Position numbers and translations under genes: made by a program
The notes under the pieces: generated by a model
Database searches by the model: none
What the model was told of the DNA's origin: nothing
Seen by the model: only the letters and a program-made list of their open reading frames with translations
DNA from: Nitrospirales bacterium
Lineage (GTDB): Bacteria; Nitrospirota; Nitrospiria; Nitrospirales; UBA8639
Reading direction: 5' to 3'
Length of the DNA: 64,000 nt
NCBI GenBank assembly: GCA_965223295.1
Contig: CBDCWC010000002.1
Coordinates: 1,088,001-1,152,000, forward strand
Part shown: positions 28,421 to 38,008 of the stretch, in pieces
How the letters are laid out: every line of letters starts with the position of its first letter
How positions within the stretch are numbered: position 1 is the first letter of the stretch

Positions 28421-28951
28421 TTATTCAGGCAACCGTGGAATCACTTCATACTCCAACATATCGGTCATTCGTACCTCATCTAACGTTTGCCTGGCATTCA
28501 TTAACTCATTGACCCAATATGAAAGCCCTTTGGCCTCCTGCTGTTGTGATCCACTCACAGTCCGTTGAATTTGAGCCCATTCCAAATAATCTGCCATTTT
28601 CCCAAACCATTGATCTAATTTCTGCATCACAGACTTCCCTTGCCTCAATTCCTCGACTAACTGTTGTGCATCGCTTCGTATTTGTTGTCCGAATTTTTTT
28701 CCTGTTTCTTCAGAATGTTGCAAGATATTGTTCATTCTTTCACTTTTGGCAGCAATCGTTCCAAAGGAACTTGCTACCTTGGCTAAGGTCAACGGTACAA
28801 GTTCACGATCGGTCATATGCTGATTTCCAACAATCAGTTCGGTGACCAAACGACCCTGAGCTTCAGCCCGATCACTTAAATTAGCTAACACCTCTTCTAA
28901 GGGAAGCGTATCGCTGACTTCCCATGTTTCTTCATCCAATTGCACTAACAT
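28421..28951 (-). CDS. Hypothetical helical protein of the flagellin glycosylation locus
   Basis: 176-aa ORF overlapping the upstream GT9 stop, with C-terminal D..TDMLEYEV.P.L pattern. Confidence 0.65.
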   Translation of the reverse strand: MLVQLDEETWEVSDTLPLEEVLANLSDRAEAQGRLVTELIVGNQHMTDRELVPLTLAKVASSFGTIAAKSERMNNILQHSEETGKKFGQQIRSDAQQLVEELRQGKSVMQKLDQWFGKMADYLEWAQIQRTVSGSQQQEAKGLSYWVNELMNARQTLDEVRMTDMLEYEVIPRLPE

Positions 28952-30584
28952 ATAGATCCCTCCTCACAGGTTCAGGTGAATACTGAGAGAGCTGCTCAAT
29001 AATGAGCTGCGCTCGAGTTCGAAAGGTCTGAGAGGCCGTCACATATTCCTCCGCCATAGATACCAATGTCTGCCCTTCCAAGTTAAACGTCTCTCGGATA
29101 AAGGCTCCAGCAAGTGGGCCAAAGGCATATGAAGACCTGCATAGTTCTTGTAGGCCTAAGGTTCGCCGAGTTAACTGCTGTTGCGCCTGTTTCAATTTCA
29201 TCACCGGCACAGGCTGTTGGCGACAGAGAGCCTGTACGTCCTCAGCCCCCTGACATACCGCATCAACATGAGGGACAACCTGCTGCCACATGTGCAACGC
29301 CTCACATTGGTCTGGAGGTGGGAGCATAGGACGAGAGATTTGACTCGATTGCCCCGTAAAGGCTTCATACCAATACCGTCGCCAATAGACTCCATACCAA
29401 GCCATAAGAGCCGGTTCCTGTCCAGATCGCAAGGTAAATGTTCCAAGCTGATCTTCATCGATCCCGCCTTCATACACTCGAACTTTGGATGAAAATATTG
29501 GCAGACCACCTTGGCCTAATACATGTGCACATAACTCAGCGAGTTCTTGCGGGATGAGATGGTCCTTACAGGCATGATGGGGGCAAACCTTGTCAAAGCC
29601 ACAAGGGCCACAGGCAATATCAGGCTGAACCACCCAATTCCCTGGTCCAAACGGTCCCGTCTCCCAAAAATCCACATGTCCGACGGATACATTCACTACC
29701 GGCGTCTGTATGCCAACAGCCATGTGCATCGGGCCCGTATCGTTCGTAACCATCAAGTCACATTGCTGCAAAAGCGCGACAAGCTCTTGTATTGAGGTTT
29801 GGGCAACCGCTTCGCAAAGTGGACCTTCACCGCCAGCTTGGTGATACACCTGCATCGCCTCCTTTACCGAGGACTCTTCTTTCTTGGTACCAATCAGAAC
29901 AAAACCAATCGTTCGCCCGCGACTCAGATGCGCTATAAGTTGACCAAAGTATTCAGGTTGCCAAGCTTTCATGGGATCACTGGCCCCAACTTGCACTGCC
30001 ACCCATGTTTTTGGAGTACCCGAATGCCGAAGAAAGGTTCTAGCCCATTCCTGCTGTTCCATAGTCACAAGTAATTGAATCGGGTGAAAATGACCAGGGC
30101 CACTTCCGCCTAGCGCGTACAAATCAACAATATTAAAACGATTGATCTGACGATAAGCATGTAAATCCAAGAAATATTTCATCCAGGAATTTTTCACCAG
30201 AAAGCTGCCATCATGCGTGGTGGTCATTCCTCGTTCATCCACACACCCGAAATACTTCGCCAAAAAAGCAGTACGCCGATTAAAGGTCAAATTCACCACA
30301 CGATCATAGCCAACCTGCAGTAAGGGCTTTGCCCAGCAAGAAAGATCCTGATACAAGGACACCACATCTCGAGCCTGCACTCGACTGTCATCCATCAATT
30401 GCTGAAAATCAAAGGGCAACACATGCCGGATACCTGGAACCAACGTCGCCATTGATGCAAACTCTTGGTCAACAATCAGGTCGATTGCCACACCCGGCCA
30501 TTCTTCTTCCAAACGAGCCACTAAGGGGATCATCTGAATCAGATCTCCCATTCTCGTGATGTTAATGATTAAGACCTGCTTCAT
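28932..30584 (-). CDS. GT9 family glycosyltransferase with C-terminal extension
   Basis: ITRMGDLIQ, QVGAS...KAW, TNDTGPMH.A, ETGP.G and C.PC motifs. Confidence 0.85.
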   Translation of the reverse strand: MKQVLIINITRMGDLIQMIPLVARLEEEWPGVAIDLIVDQEFASMATLVPGIRHVLPFDFQQLMDDSRVQARDVVSLYQDLSCWAKPLLQVGYDRVVNLTFNRRTAFLAKYFGCVDERGMTTTHDGSFLVKNSWMKYFLDLHAYRQINRFNIVDLYALGGSGPGHFHPIQLLVTMEQQEWARTFLRHSGTPKTWVAVQVGASDPMKAWQPEYFGQLIAHLSRGRTIGFVLIGTKKEESSVKEAMQVYHQAGGEGPLCEAVAQTSIQELVALLQQCDLMVTNDTGPMHMAVGIQTPVVNVSVGHVDFWETGPFGPGNWVVQPDIACGPCGFDKVCPHHACKDHLIPQELAELCAHVLGQGGLPIFSSKVRVYEGGIDEDQLGTFTLRSGQEPALMAWYGVYWRRYWYEAFTGQSSQISRPMLPPPDQCEALHMWQQVVPHVDAVCQGAEDVQALCRQQPVPVMKLKQAQQQLTRRTLGLQELCRSSYAFGPLAGAFIRETFNLEGQTLVSMAEEYVTASQTFRTRAQLIIEQLSQYSPEPVRRDLYVSAIG

Positions 30585-32398
30585 AGGAAATCACGCGTTT
30601 CTTTCCGGTATTCATCCATCATGAGAATCAGCAACTCTTCACGGCTCAATGTGCTATCAGGACCTTTCTGACGAATCGCGTTTGCCATATCCACGAGCTC
30701 CACACGATCAGTGTTCGGAAAAGCTTTCAACAAAGGACGCAATTCAGGACTATCTTGGCTGCGTGCCAAGAGCGCTTCAGCTTGCCGTTCGCCCTGCAAG
30801 ATAGGCCCAAGGCGATCAGGCGACGCCAAGCCAATCGTACTAAGGAGCATCTGCATGCGATGAGCATAAGTATGCGACATGACCACCTGTTTTTGGGAAT
30901 GTTCTGCCATTTCACGTCGTTGTTCAGGTTCATGGAGATAGGTTCTGACAGTTTGGGGTAATTCCTCTGGAGTCTTCACCACCGCCATCATTGATTCATC
31001 AAATAATTCCGGCAATGGAGTTCGCTGATCAATGATCTGAAACGCCCCACAGCTAGCAAGTTCAAAGGTCCGTGGATTCAGATTATCGCTAGCCGGATCA
31101 AATCCACTGCCTGTATACGAATGAAGATTGATATTCACCGTTGTGGCATTAAAAATTTTCACGCTAGTCGCCGTATCAATCCTGGCACCATTTCTCTGCA
31201 AAACCTGGTCTAGGACTCCGGCATTTTCCCATTCATTGCCCCACAGCTTAAAAGACCATTCTTTGCTTAAAAGCCCCGGCAAGATTTCTCGTCGATTCCG
31301 ATAGCCTGCACCAAGAAAAGACACATCCGCCCCAAACTCCTGTTGCTCCTGATCCGTTAAATTGACGGACTGATGAATCATCGGATCGGCAGCGAGAGGC
31401 AAATAGGACACCTGCAGCGCCCCCGCCCTCTTAAAGGCTTCTAAGCAGGCAGCTTGCTGCATGACAAACCAAAAATCATAACCCTCGATCATCTGTTGCC
31501 AGTAGGTTAAATGACGAAAATTTTCCATGAACCACATGGCGGTCAGCACTTTCTTTTTACGCATCTGTGCCAACACCGCCATCGACAAGGGCGCTTGTGC
31601 CATGGCTAAGACCAGATCTGGCGGGTCTTCAGCCACATGCGCCAAGCTAATGACTCCTAACGTATCACTAAATCGTTGCTGTACCGTTAACCGCAGGCGG
31701 TCATCATGGATCGTCTCTAAGTTTTTGTAACCCGGGTAATGGAGGCTATGATCAACCCAGCTCACTCGATGGCCTAACGATTCCAAGGCCCGCACCACAT
31801 ATCCCCCTATGGGAAGGGAACCTCCATATATTGGACCGACCACCATAATATGCAACCGGCCACTTACTCCCTTAGCTAATTGATCACGAAGCTGAGAACG
31901 AAACGCATCGTACTTCCCTTGATGAATGATCAAAGCCGGTTCGTAGGTCAGAAGCCGAATGCGTTGGGCCTGCTGAACTACGTGTTGAGCCATCTGCTCA
32001 GGATTACCACATATCCAAGAGACTCGTTCTCCCCACCCCTCTAAAGATCGAACCGTCAAGGCATCTACCAGCTCTGACAGATTGGGAACCACCACGATGA
32101 TGACTGAATCTTGAGATAACATCGCACGCAACGCTTCCACCTGATACAACAAACCCACGCCCAAAATGACCAATGTTTCTCCTGACTGACAATCATTTCT
32201 CTGAGCCTCAGCCCATCGTTCTGCTTCGCGCAAAGGATCATAAGCACTGTGAATCTGTCGTCCAGAAACCACGGCCGTAGGCATCCCATTTTTTGCTGGA
32301 TTGATAGACAGCACCCCGCCCCCGACCTCTTGAAGCTTGGCAACCAACTCTGGATCATGTTTTTTGAGAATTTCTAGATTTTTTTCTAACAACGTCAT
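30581..32398 (-). CDS. CgeB-family (Glyco_trans_1_2) glycosyltransferase with Maf-like N-terminal domain
   Basis: N-term KNL..L...P.L, HS.YDP.REA and GVGL.Y. C-term LPLAADP, SFLGAGY.NR, ININLH and NPRTFELASCG. Confidence 0.8.
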   Translation of the reverse strand: MTLLEKNLEILKKHDPELVAKLQEVGGGVLSINPAKNGMPTAVVSGRQIHSAYDPLREAERWAEAQRNDCQSGETLVILGVGLLYQVEALRAMLSQDSVIIVVVPNLSELVDALTVRSLEGWGERVSWICGNPEQMAQHVVQQAQRIRLLTYEPALIIHQGKYDAFRSQLRDQLAKGVSGRLHIMVVGPIYGGSLPIGGYVVRALESLGHRVSWVDHSLHYPGYKNLETIHDDRLRLTVQQRFSDTLGVISLAHVAEDPPDLVLAMAQAPLSMAVLAQMRKKKVLTAMWFMENFRHLTYWQQMIEGYDFWFVMQQAACLEAFKRAGALQVSYLPLAADPMIHQSVNLTDQEQQEFGADVSFLGAGYRNRREILPGLLSKEWSFKLWGNEWENAGVLDQVLQRNGARIDTATSVKIFNATTVNINLHSYTGSGFDPASDNLNPRTFELASCGAFQIIDQRTPLPELFDESMMAVVKTPEELPQTVRTYLHEPEQRREMAEHSQKQVVMSHTYAHRMQMLLSTIGLASPDRLGPILQGERQAEALLARSQDSPELRPLLKAFPNTDRVELVDMANAIRQKGPDSTLSREELLILMMDEYRKETRDFL

Positions 32399-32552
32399 AT
32401 CACCTCAGATCGGACTACCTGACTATTCCCTTATCTAGTGCGAAATACAGGAAGAACATGAGACATTACTTTTCGCTAGCCTCTCATTCAAATGTAGCCT
32501 GGACAGCTCGCATTGAAACTCACGGTCCTTTCACAATAAACAAATAAAAGGG

Positions 32553-33614
32553 TTACGCCTGTTGCAAGTATTTCGGCAGTACTTTGAACTTATCCCGAAT
32601 AGTCGACAAATCTCGAAATTGAATGGAATCTTGTGAGACGCATTGCGTATAGGAATCATATAAAGCAGAAATATATTCATAGACCGGAATCAATAAATTG
32701 CGTATTTCCTCTAACTTTGCTTTCCGTTTCTGAATCTTCTCGTGAGCATCCCCTGCGAGAAGATCGGAAAGAATGGCTTGCGCACGATGAACATACGTGT
32801 GCTTGTCTAACACTCTTTTTTGTCCAGCCAGAGCAATCGCCTCTCTTTCCTGATCATGGCTTGCGTAATAGTTCGCAAGTTCAATCACCTGATCTACATT
32901 CCCCTTTTCATAGAGAACGCAATGAACCCTATCCTGAAATAACTCTTGTAACCCGTTACCCACATGCTCCATCAATAAAAGACTGCCACAAGCCATTGCC
33001 TCAAATGTGCGAAAATTCACATCATTTCCAGCACATTGGTTTAAGACCATTTTCGATTTCGTAAAAATGGAGACAAATTCTCCGCTGGCCACATGCAGGG
33101 GATACCGCGCTTGGATGTCTGAAATGAACGCCCGACGATCTGGATTGAACGGTGAATCCAGTTTCCCCACAAAGCTCAAATCATAACGTTTAGGAAAACG
33201 GTGTTCTATCTGGACAAAAGGGAACGTACAGAGCGGAAGCCACTTGACGCTTTGCCTTTCTGAATCACGTTGGTACATGGGTACATAATCTCGCTGCGCC
33301 ACAAAGATGCAGTCAAAGATTGCGGCATAGGCCCGATGCCAACCGTGGTGAATGTGAGAATCTATGGCATACCACCCAAGGGGTAACTCGACTTCTTCTA
33401 GACCACAGAACATGGCGTAGGTGCTATCATCCGTTAACAACAGACAATCTGGGTTCCAACCTAAAGGGAGTTGCTGCAGGACAGACTGAATCGAAGTAGG
33501 AAACTCCTGAATCTCAACATCCCCAGTCCCATCGGTGGTACAAGTCACGACAGAATGACCCAATTCCTTAAACCCTGAGTCTAAGACCAAAGCACCCAGC
33601 AACAAAATATTCAT
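32553..33614 (-). CDS. CgeB-family glycosyltransferase
   Basis: YAIDSH, WLPL, SFVG, VLNQ...DVNFRTFEAMACG and HTYVHRA motifs. Confidence 0.8.
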   Translation of the reverse strand: MNILLLGALVLDSGFKELGHSVVTCTTDGTGDVEIQEFPTSIQSVLQQLPLGWNPDCLLLTDDSTYAMFCGLEEVELPLGWYAIDSHIHHGWHRAYAAIFDCIFVAQRDYVPMYQRDSERQSVKWLPLCTFPFVQIEHRFPKRYDLSFVGKLDSPFNPDRRAFISDIQARYPLHVASGEFVSIFTKSKMVLNQCAGNDVNFRTFEAMACGSLLLMEHVGNGLQELFQDRVHCVLYEKGNVDQVIELANYYASHDQEREAIALAGQKRVLDKHTYVHRAQAILSDLLAGDAHEKIQKRKAKLEEIRNLLIPVYEYISALYDSYTQCVSQDSIQFRDLSTIRDKFKVLPKYLQQA

Positions 33615-33659
33615 GAGGTTCTCACTTCACCTAATAGAAAATCCAAGAATCACCTCTTC

Positions 33660-34925
33660 TTAAACTTGTGTGCTCATATTTGAACTGGAGAGCCCCAACA
33701 CTTTCATGGGGGAATTCCAATCTCTCACCGTCTCATCTGCGAGCTGCCGCCAAACACGTTCACGGCCTTCACTCGAACGAACCGGATTGTCTCTTTCAGA
33801 ATAAAACACACCAAGATGATCCCGATGACTGTTCCACAAACTCCACCCTTCAGTAATCGTTCGACAATTTCCCTCTGCAAGCAACTCCACACTTCCCTTT
33901 ATTGGCCAATGTTTTGGCTCAATTCCTGAAGTATCTTCTTTGATCTCACCTGACGCTTTTTGATGTCGTTCGGCTTGCCATACCCAATGTCCTTTTCCAT
34001 AAGGACCGGTTTCATGAACGCGCGCACGAGAAAAATACCAACCGATGGCCTGGGCCCCACACATCACGCCAAGATGCAATGGGCCAGTATCTGATCCCAC
34101 CACCCATTGACAGTGATTCAAGAGAGAGACAAGTTGTGGCAGATTTGTCCGACCACAACAATTAAGCACCTGATTCCTCATGTGATCAGGAAGGTTCTGC
34201 TCTAGAACCAAAGATGCCTCACGTTCTCCAGATCCCCCAATTAAGAGCAGCCGACAATTCGGCAGACGTTCCGTAGAAGATCGAATCAACTCTTCCCATA
34301 CAGAAAGAGGAACCCTGCGATCGGCATCTCCAGCTCCAAGCACAATTCCTACTTGTACAACAGAGACATCCTTCACGACACATTCAAGATCCCGAGGCAA
34401 CACTGCCCCTCTGGCATCAAGTATCGGGATACCATCTGGCGGCATTACCCCACATATCCCACAAAACGCATCGGCTAAATGAATGCGGTTGTCCCCACGC
34501 TTATGAGCCACTTGCCGTAGATACGCCACCCATGGGGGAAGACTCGGGTGTAACGGCCCCTTCTCCCCTGCTCCAATCACTTGTCCGCCTAACAGATGAG
34601 ACGCCAAAATACTTCGAGTATGATTATTCAAATTATAGGCCACAGAATAATCAGGGTAGGCGCAATCGTCTAGGTACTCGAAAGCAGCCTGAATGGGTAG
34701 TTTCCCTGCTGAACTGGGCATGGAACTCAACCTATGCCACAACTCCCCTTTCCAGGAGTAAACCCTCTGAATATCAAGAAAAAGTTTCCCTAACGGAACC
34801 AACGGTTCCGCACACAAGAGATCTATTGCTTGATGTGGGTAATGAGTATGAAGAGACGAAATAACCGGTATGGACTGGATGAGATCACCCAGTCGCGCGA
34901 GTTGAATGAGAAGAGTTCGAGACAT
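33660..34925 (-). CDS. GT9 family glycosyltransferase
   Basis: QLARLGDLIQ, GRTNL.QL, SDTGPLHL and ETGPYG motifs. Confidence 0.85.
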   Translation of the reverse strand: MSRTLLIQLARLGDLIQSIPVISSLHTHYPHQAIDLLCAEPLVPLGKLFLDIQRVYSWKGELWHRLSSMPSSAGKLPIQAAFEYLDDCAYPDYSVAYNLNNHTRSILASHLLGGQVIGAGEKGPLHPSLPPWVAYLRQVAHKRGDNRIHLADAFCGICGVMPPDGIPILDARGAVLPRDLECVVKDVSVVQVGIVLGAGDADRRVPLSVWEELIRSSTERLPNCRLLLIGGSGEREASLVLEQNLPDHMRNQVLNCCGRTNLPQLVSLLNHCQWVVGSDTGPLHLGVMCGAQAIGWYFSRARVHETGPYGKGHWVWQAERHQKASGEIKEDTSGIEPKHWPIKGSVELLAEGNCRTITEGWSLWNSHRDHLGVFYSERDNPVRSSEGRERVWRQLADETVRDWNSPMKVLGLSSSNMSTQV

Positions 34926-34955
34926 CGACTATTATGACTCGGCAATATTTGCCTC

Positions 34956-37436
34956 CTAAAGCGCAGACATTGTTTGCTCTTGGAGCTGGCCATTGTTCAG
35001 AAAATTCGCTAGATCTTCCAATCCTTCGTAGTCCGGTTTGAGAAGTTGAAACCATGAAAGCTGTTCCCTAGCTTTATCGAGATGACCAGCACGAATCGCC
35101 ACTCCAGCCAACGCAAATCGCATATCATAATCAGCCGGATTCCGCTCAATAAATCTAGTCAAATGTTGTGCTAAGGCAGTCCATCGCTGCAACGCCGTCC
35201 CTGCCTGAATCAAACAATCCATGGCTTTAACATCATCTGGATCCACGGAGGCCACTTGTTCAAATCTGTTCCATGCTTCAGCAGTCTCACCAAGTCCCAT
35301 ACAAGCCATTCCCAAACCAATACACGCTTTCATATTCCCCGCATCACAATCCAAAGCCTGCTCAAAAGCATCCTTTGCATCGGAATTTTTCTGCATTTGC
35401 ATAGAAAGAATCCCCTGCAATACCCAACCTTCAGTTCCTAGAGAAAAATACTGTTTCAATCTGCCAAGATGATTTTGAGCCTCGCCAAAATTCCCATTCT
35501 TCATTTCTGCACGTGCTAATCCTAATCTTGCAGTCGGATGATCACCAACAGTAAGCAATTTCTCCCAGCATTGGATGGCCTCCTCCTCACAATGCAACAC
35601 ATCACAGGCTTCTCCCAGCCACACAAGAATTCCAATGTTAGATGTCCAGGCCTCGATATCACGCAATAACTTTCGAATATTTTTGTCATTAGTCATTTCT
35701 GCCAGTGGCAGGCGTTGCTGCCGAAATAACAACTGCTGTAATTCCACAACTTGTTGCCAAGAGCCAAGATCAGCTACATCAGTTTTTGAAATCATCCTCA
35801 TCTTGAGTTGCTCACCCTTAAAGTAGTATTGAATGATAAGTCCATTCTGATCTGCGATAATATCCTCATCAACCAACCATTGATGCTTCCAGCGAGTTTC
35901 CAAACGCAGCGCATTAGAATCATCATGTTTTTTTCTTCCAGGAGATTGGCTTTCTAGATGATAAAGACAGCTCTCAGGTTGATACACAACTTTCTTTCCT
36001 ATTTGACGCACTTTCAAACATAAATCAACGTCTTCAAAACCATTCACAAAACCTTCGTCGAAGCCCCCAATTTTCTCAAAGACGTCCTTTCGTACCAACA
36101 TACATGCAGCCGTCACGGATTGAAATTCTCTCCGAATATTCACCACAGACCAATTCTCTGGAACCCCCCTAAAGATGTGATACGGAAGCTGCGAAAATCT
36201 CGAAAACGCCACTCCAGCATGCTGGATAGTATCATCAGGATACAATAGCTTACTTCCGACCACTGCGACCTCTTTATGGGAGTCCACCTCGTCTACTAGT
36301 GATGCCAACCACCCAGGTCTTGGAATCGTGTCATTATTCAAAAACACAATATACTTCCCTTTGGCGGCCGCAGCCCCTTGATTGCAAGCTTTCGCAAAAC
36401 CAAAGTTTTCAGGGTTAGTGATGACCTGGATATCTCCGCTTAAAGAAGACAGAAAATCAGCCGTCTCATCCGAGGAGTCATTATCTACGACAATCACCTC
36501 ATAGTTCACACGTTCCGTTACCCGTGCCAATTCGATAAGGCATTGCTTAGTTAAGTCAGCTTTATTAAAAACAGGAATGATGATGGAGACCAGAAACGAC
36601 CATCTACAGCGCGCCGCTTCGTGACTCACCTCATCCTGCATTCCCCGCTGCTTAGGGTTCATGCCTTTACTTGTTACATTTGATTTCAGTGATTTCGTCG
36701 CAGGTAATGAAGCAGCATCTGAATTAGAAGACTCGAGAAAGGAAGGACACTTCTCCAATGCATTGACCCTCGATTCAAGCGCCGTGGCCGATTGAATGTT
36801 TCTCCTAACATTATCGATCAAGCTTGGCATGTGAATAACTTCCTGGATCTTTTGAGCTAAATCCTCGATACTCCCTGCTTTAAAAAGCCATCCATTTTTC
36901 CCATCATTGACCAATTCAGAATTTCCCTCAATTGAAGATGCAATAACTGGCACGCCCTCATGGATAACTTCTTGAATGAGGTGAGCGTCATGTTCTTCTC
37001 GCGATGGAATCACAACTATGTGAGTTCTTGAAAGAATTTCGGCAAAACGACTCTTCGAATATTCACCATAAAAAACAACATTCCTTCCTTTTTTGACCCT
37101 TTGCATCGTCTTCCCGAAATAGTTGGGTTCTACCACGGAACCATAGATTCTAAACTCTGCATTCCGAATATCAACATGGTCTAATGCATCAATAAGAAGA
37201 TCCAAACCATCCTTATAAGCGGCAGTACTTAGATACGAAAATACCAGAGGGTTTTGAGACAGTTCTGAAGCTTCACATGAGTTAGGTAAACTGACACCCT
37301 TCTGGGAATGACTGTTTTTGGTTGGGTCTGTAATCTCTGCCCTAGGAACCACCCTCTGATTCGCAGCATCCAATTGATGCTCATTGGCCCCCTCACGCCA
37401 ATCACTATTTAGTCGGCGAACGATGTCTTCTCCCAT
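34956..37436 (-). CDS. Multidomain glycosyltransferase: partial GT4 domain + GT2 + TPR repeats
   Basis: GVPVIAS..G..ELV.DG.NG (GT4 C-half). SIIIPVFN, VVDN.S.D, FLNND, VTAACML and GFEDVD (GT2). C-terminal TPR-like helices. Confidence 0.85.
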   Translation of the reverse strand: MGEDIVRRLNSDWREGANEHQLDAANQRVVPRAEITDPTKNSHSQKGVSLPNSCEASELSQNPLVFSYLSTAAYKDGLDLLIDALDHVDIRNAEFRIYGSVVEPNYFGKTMQRVKKGRNVVFYGEYSKSRFAEILSRTHIVVIPSREEHDAHLIQEVIHEGVPVIASSIEGNSELVNDGKNGWLFKAGSIEDLAQKIQEVIHMPSLIDNVRRNIQSATALESRVNALEKCPSFLESSNSDAASLPATKSLKSNVTSKGMNPKQRGMQDEVSHEAARCRWSFLVSIIIPVFNKADLTKQCLIELARVTERVNYEVIVVDNDSSDETADFLSSLSGDIQVITNPENFGFAKACNQGAAAAKGKYIVFLNNDTIPRPGWLASLVDEVDSHKEVAVVGSKLLYPDDTIQHAGVAFSRFSQLPYHIFRGVPENWSVVNIRREFQSVTAACMLVRKDVFEKIGGFDEGFVNGFEDVDLCLKVRQIGKKVVYQPESCLYHLESQSPGRKKHDDSNALRLETRWKHQWLVDEDIIADQNGLIIQYYFKGEQLKMRMISKTDVADLGSWQQVVELQQLLFRQQRLPLAEMTNDKNIRKLLRDIEAWTSNIGILVWLGEACDVLHCEEEAIQCWEKLLTVGDHPTARLGLARAEMKNGNFGEAQNHLGRLKQYFSLGTEGWVLQGILSMQMQKNSDAKDAFEQALDCDAGNMKACIGLGMACMGLGETAEAWNRFEQVASVDPDDVKAMDCLIQAGTALQRWTALAQHLTRFIERNPADYDMRFALAGVAIRAGHLDKAREQLSWFQLLKPDYEGLEDLANFLNNGQLQEQTMSAL

Positions 37437-37600
37437 AGAATGCCCTTTCGAGAAGCCCTCTTAATAATGGAAAAACTTCGTATTTCTCACAAACTAATGC
37501 TGTGCCTTTTTTTGTCAGAAGGTCTGCAGATTGTCTCTCAAATCCCCTTTCGACTATCCGCCGAAAGTCGTTCGTCATAGATTCCTTCATGCAATGCCTG

Positions 37601-37616
37601 AGCAACCTTTATGCCA
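37601..37616 (-). promoter_or_regulatory. sigma54 promoter of the leftward glycosyltransferase operon
   Basis: Minus strand TGGCATAAAGGTTGCT = TGGCA-N6-TTGC with exact GG-N10-GC spacing. Confidence 0.7.
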
Positions 37617-37758
37617 GTAGTAAACATCGGAACCTCACCGAATTCTCCTCCTCCCTCAGACTCATATCCTACCCATCAATGTACGCATGACGAATTCGAG
37701 AAGGCACAAACTCTCTATCTTCATAAAATCTACACCTATAACGTATTGCAAACATTGA

Positions 37759-37770
37759 TCAAAATTTTGA
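37759..37770. promoter_or_regulatory. TCAA-N4-TTGA palindrome between divergent sigma54 promoters
   Basis: TCAAAATTTTGA is a perfect palindrome and a variant of the GTCAA-N4-TTGAC motif. Confidence 0.4.
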
Positions 37771-37799
37771 AACTTGAGTTACGAGAGCTGAACAGTCGG

Positions 37800-37815
37800 T
37801 GGTACGGTGTTTGCT
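37800..37815 (+). promoter_or_regulatory. sigma54 promoter of the rightward operon
   Basis: TGGTACGGTGTTTGCT, GG-N10-GC. Confidence 0.7.
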
Positions 37816-38008
37816 TAGTAAGATGGAATTCCCAATTCCTCTGCAAATGAAATCCTCCAAATTGGGAGATTCAGAGGGTTAAAATTACCCTTTGCCAACA
37901 AACATCTAGAACTATTTTTCCGCTTTTGATGAAGAGACGAAAGAGATTTGAAGGAGGCGTTGCCTAGGTCATCCTTGAGGTAAGGCCTCTCGACTATCTG
38001 AAGAAAGA

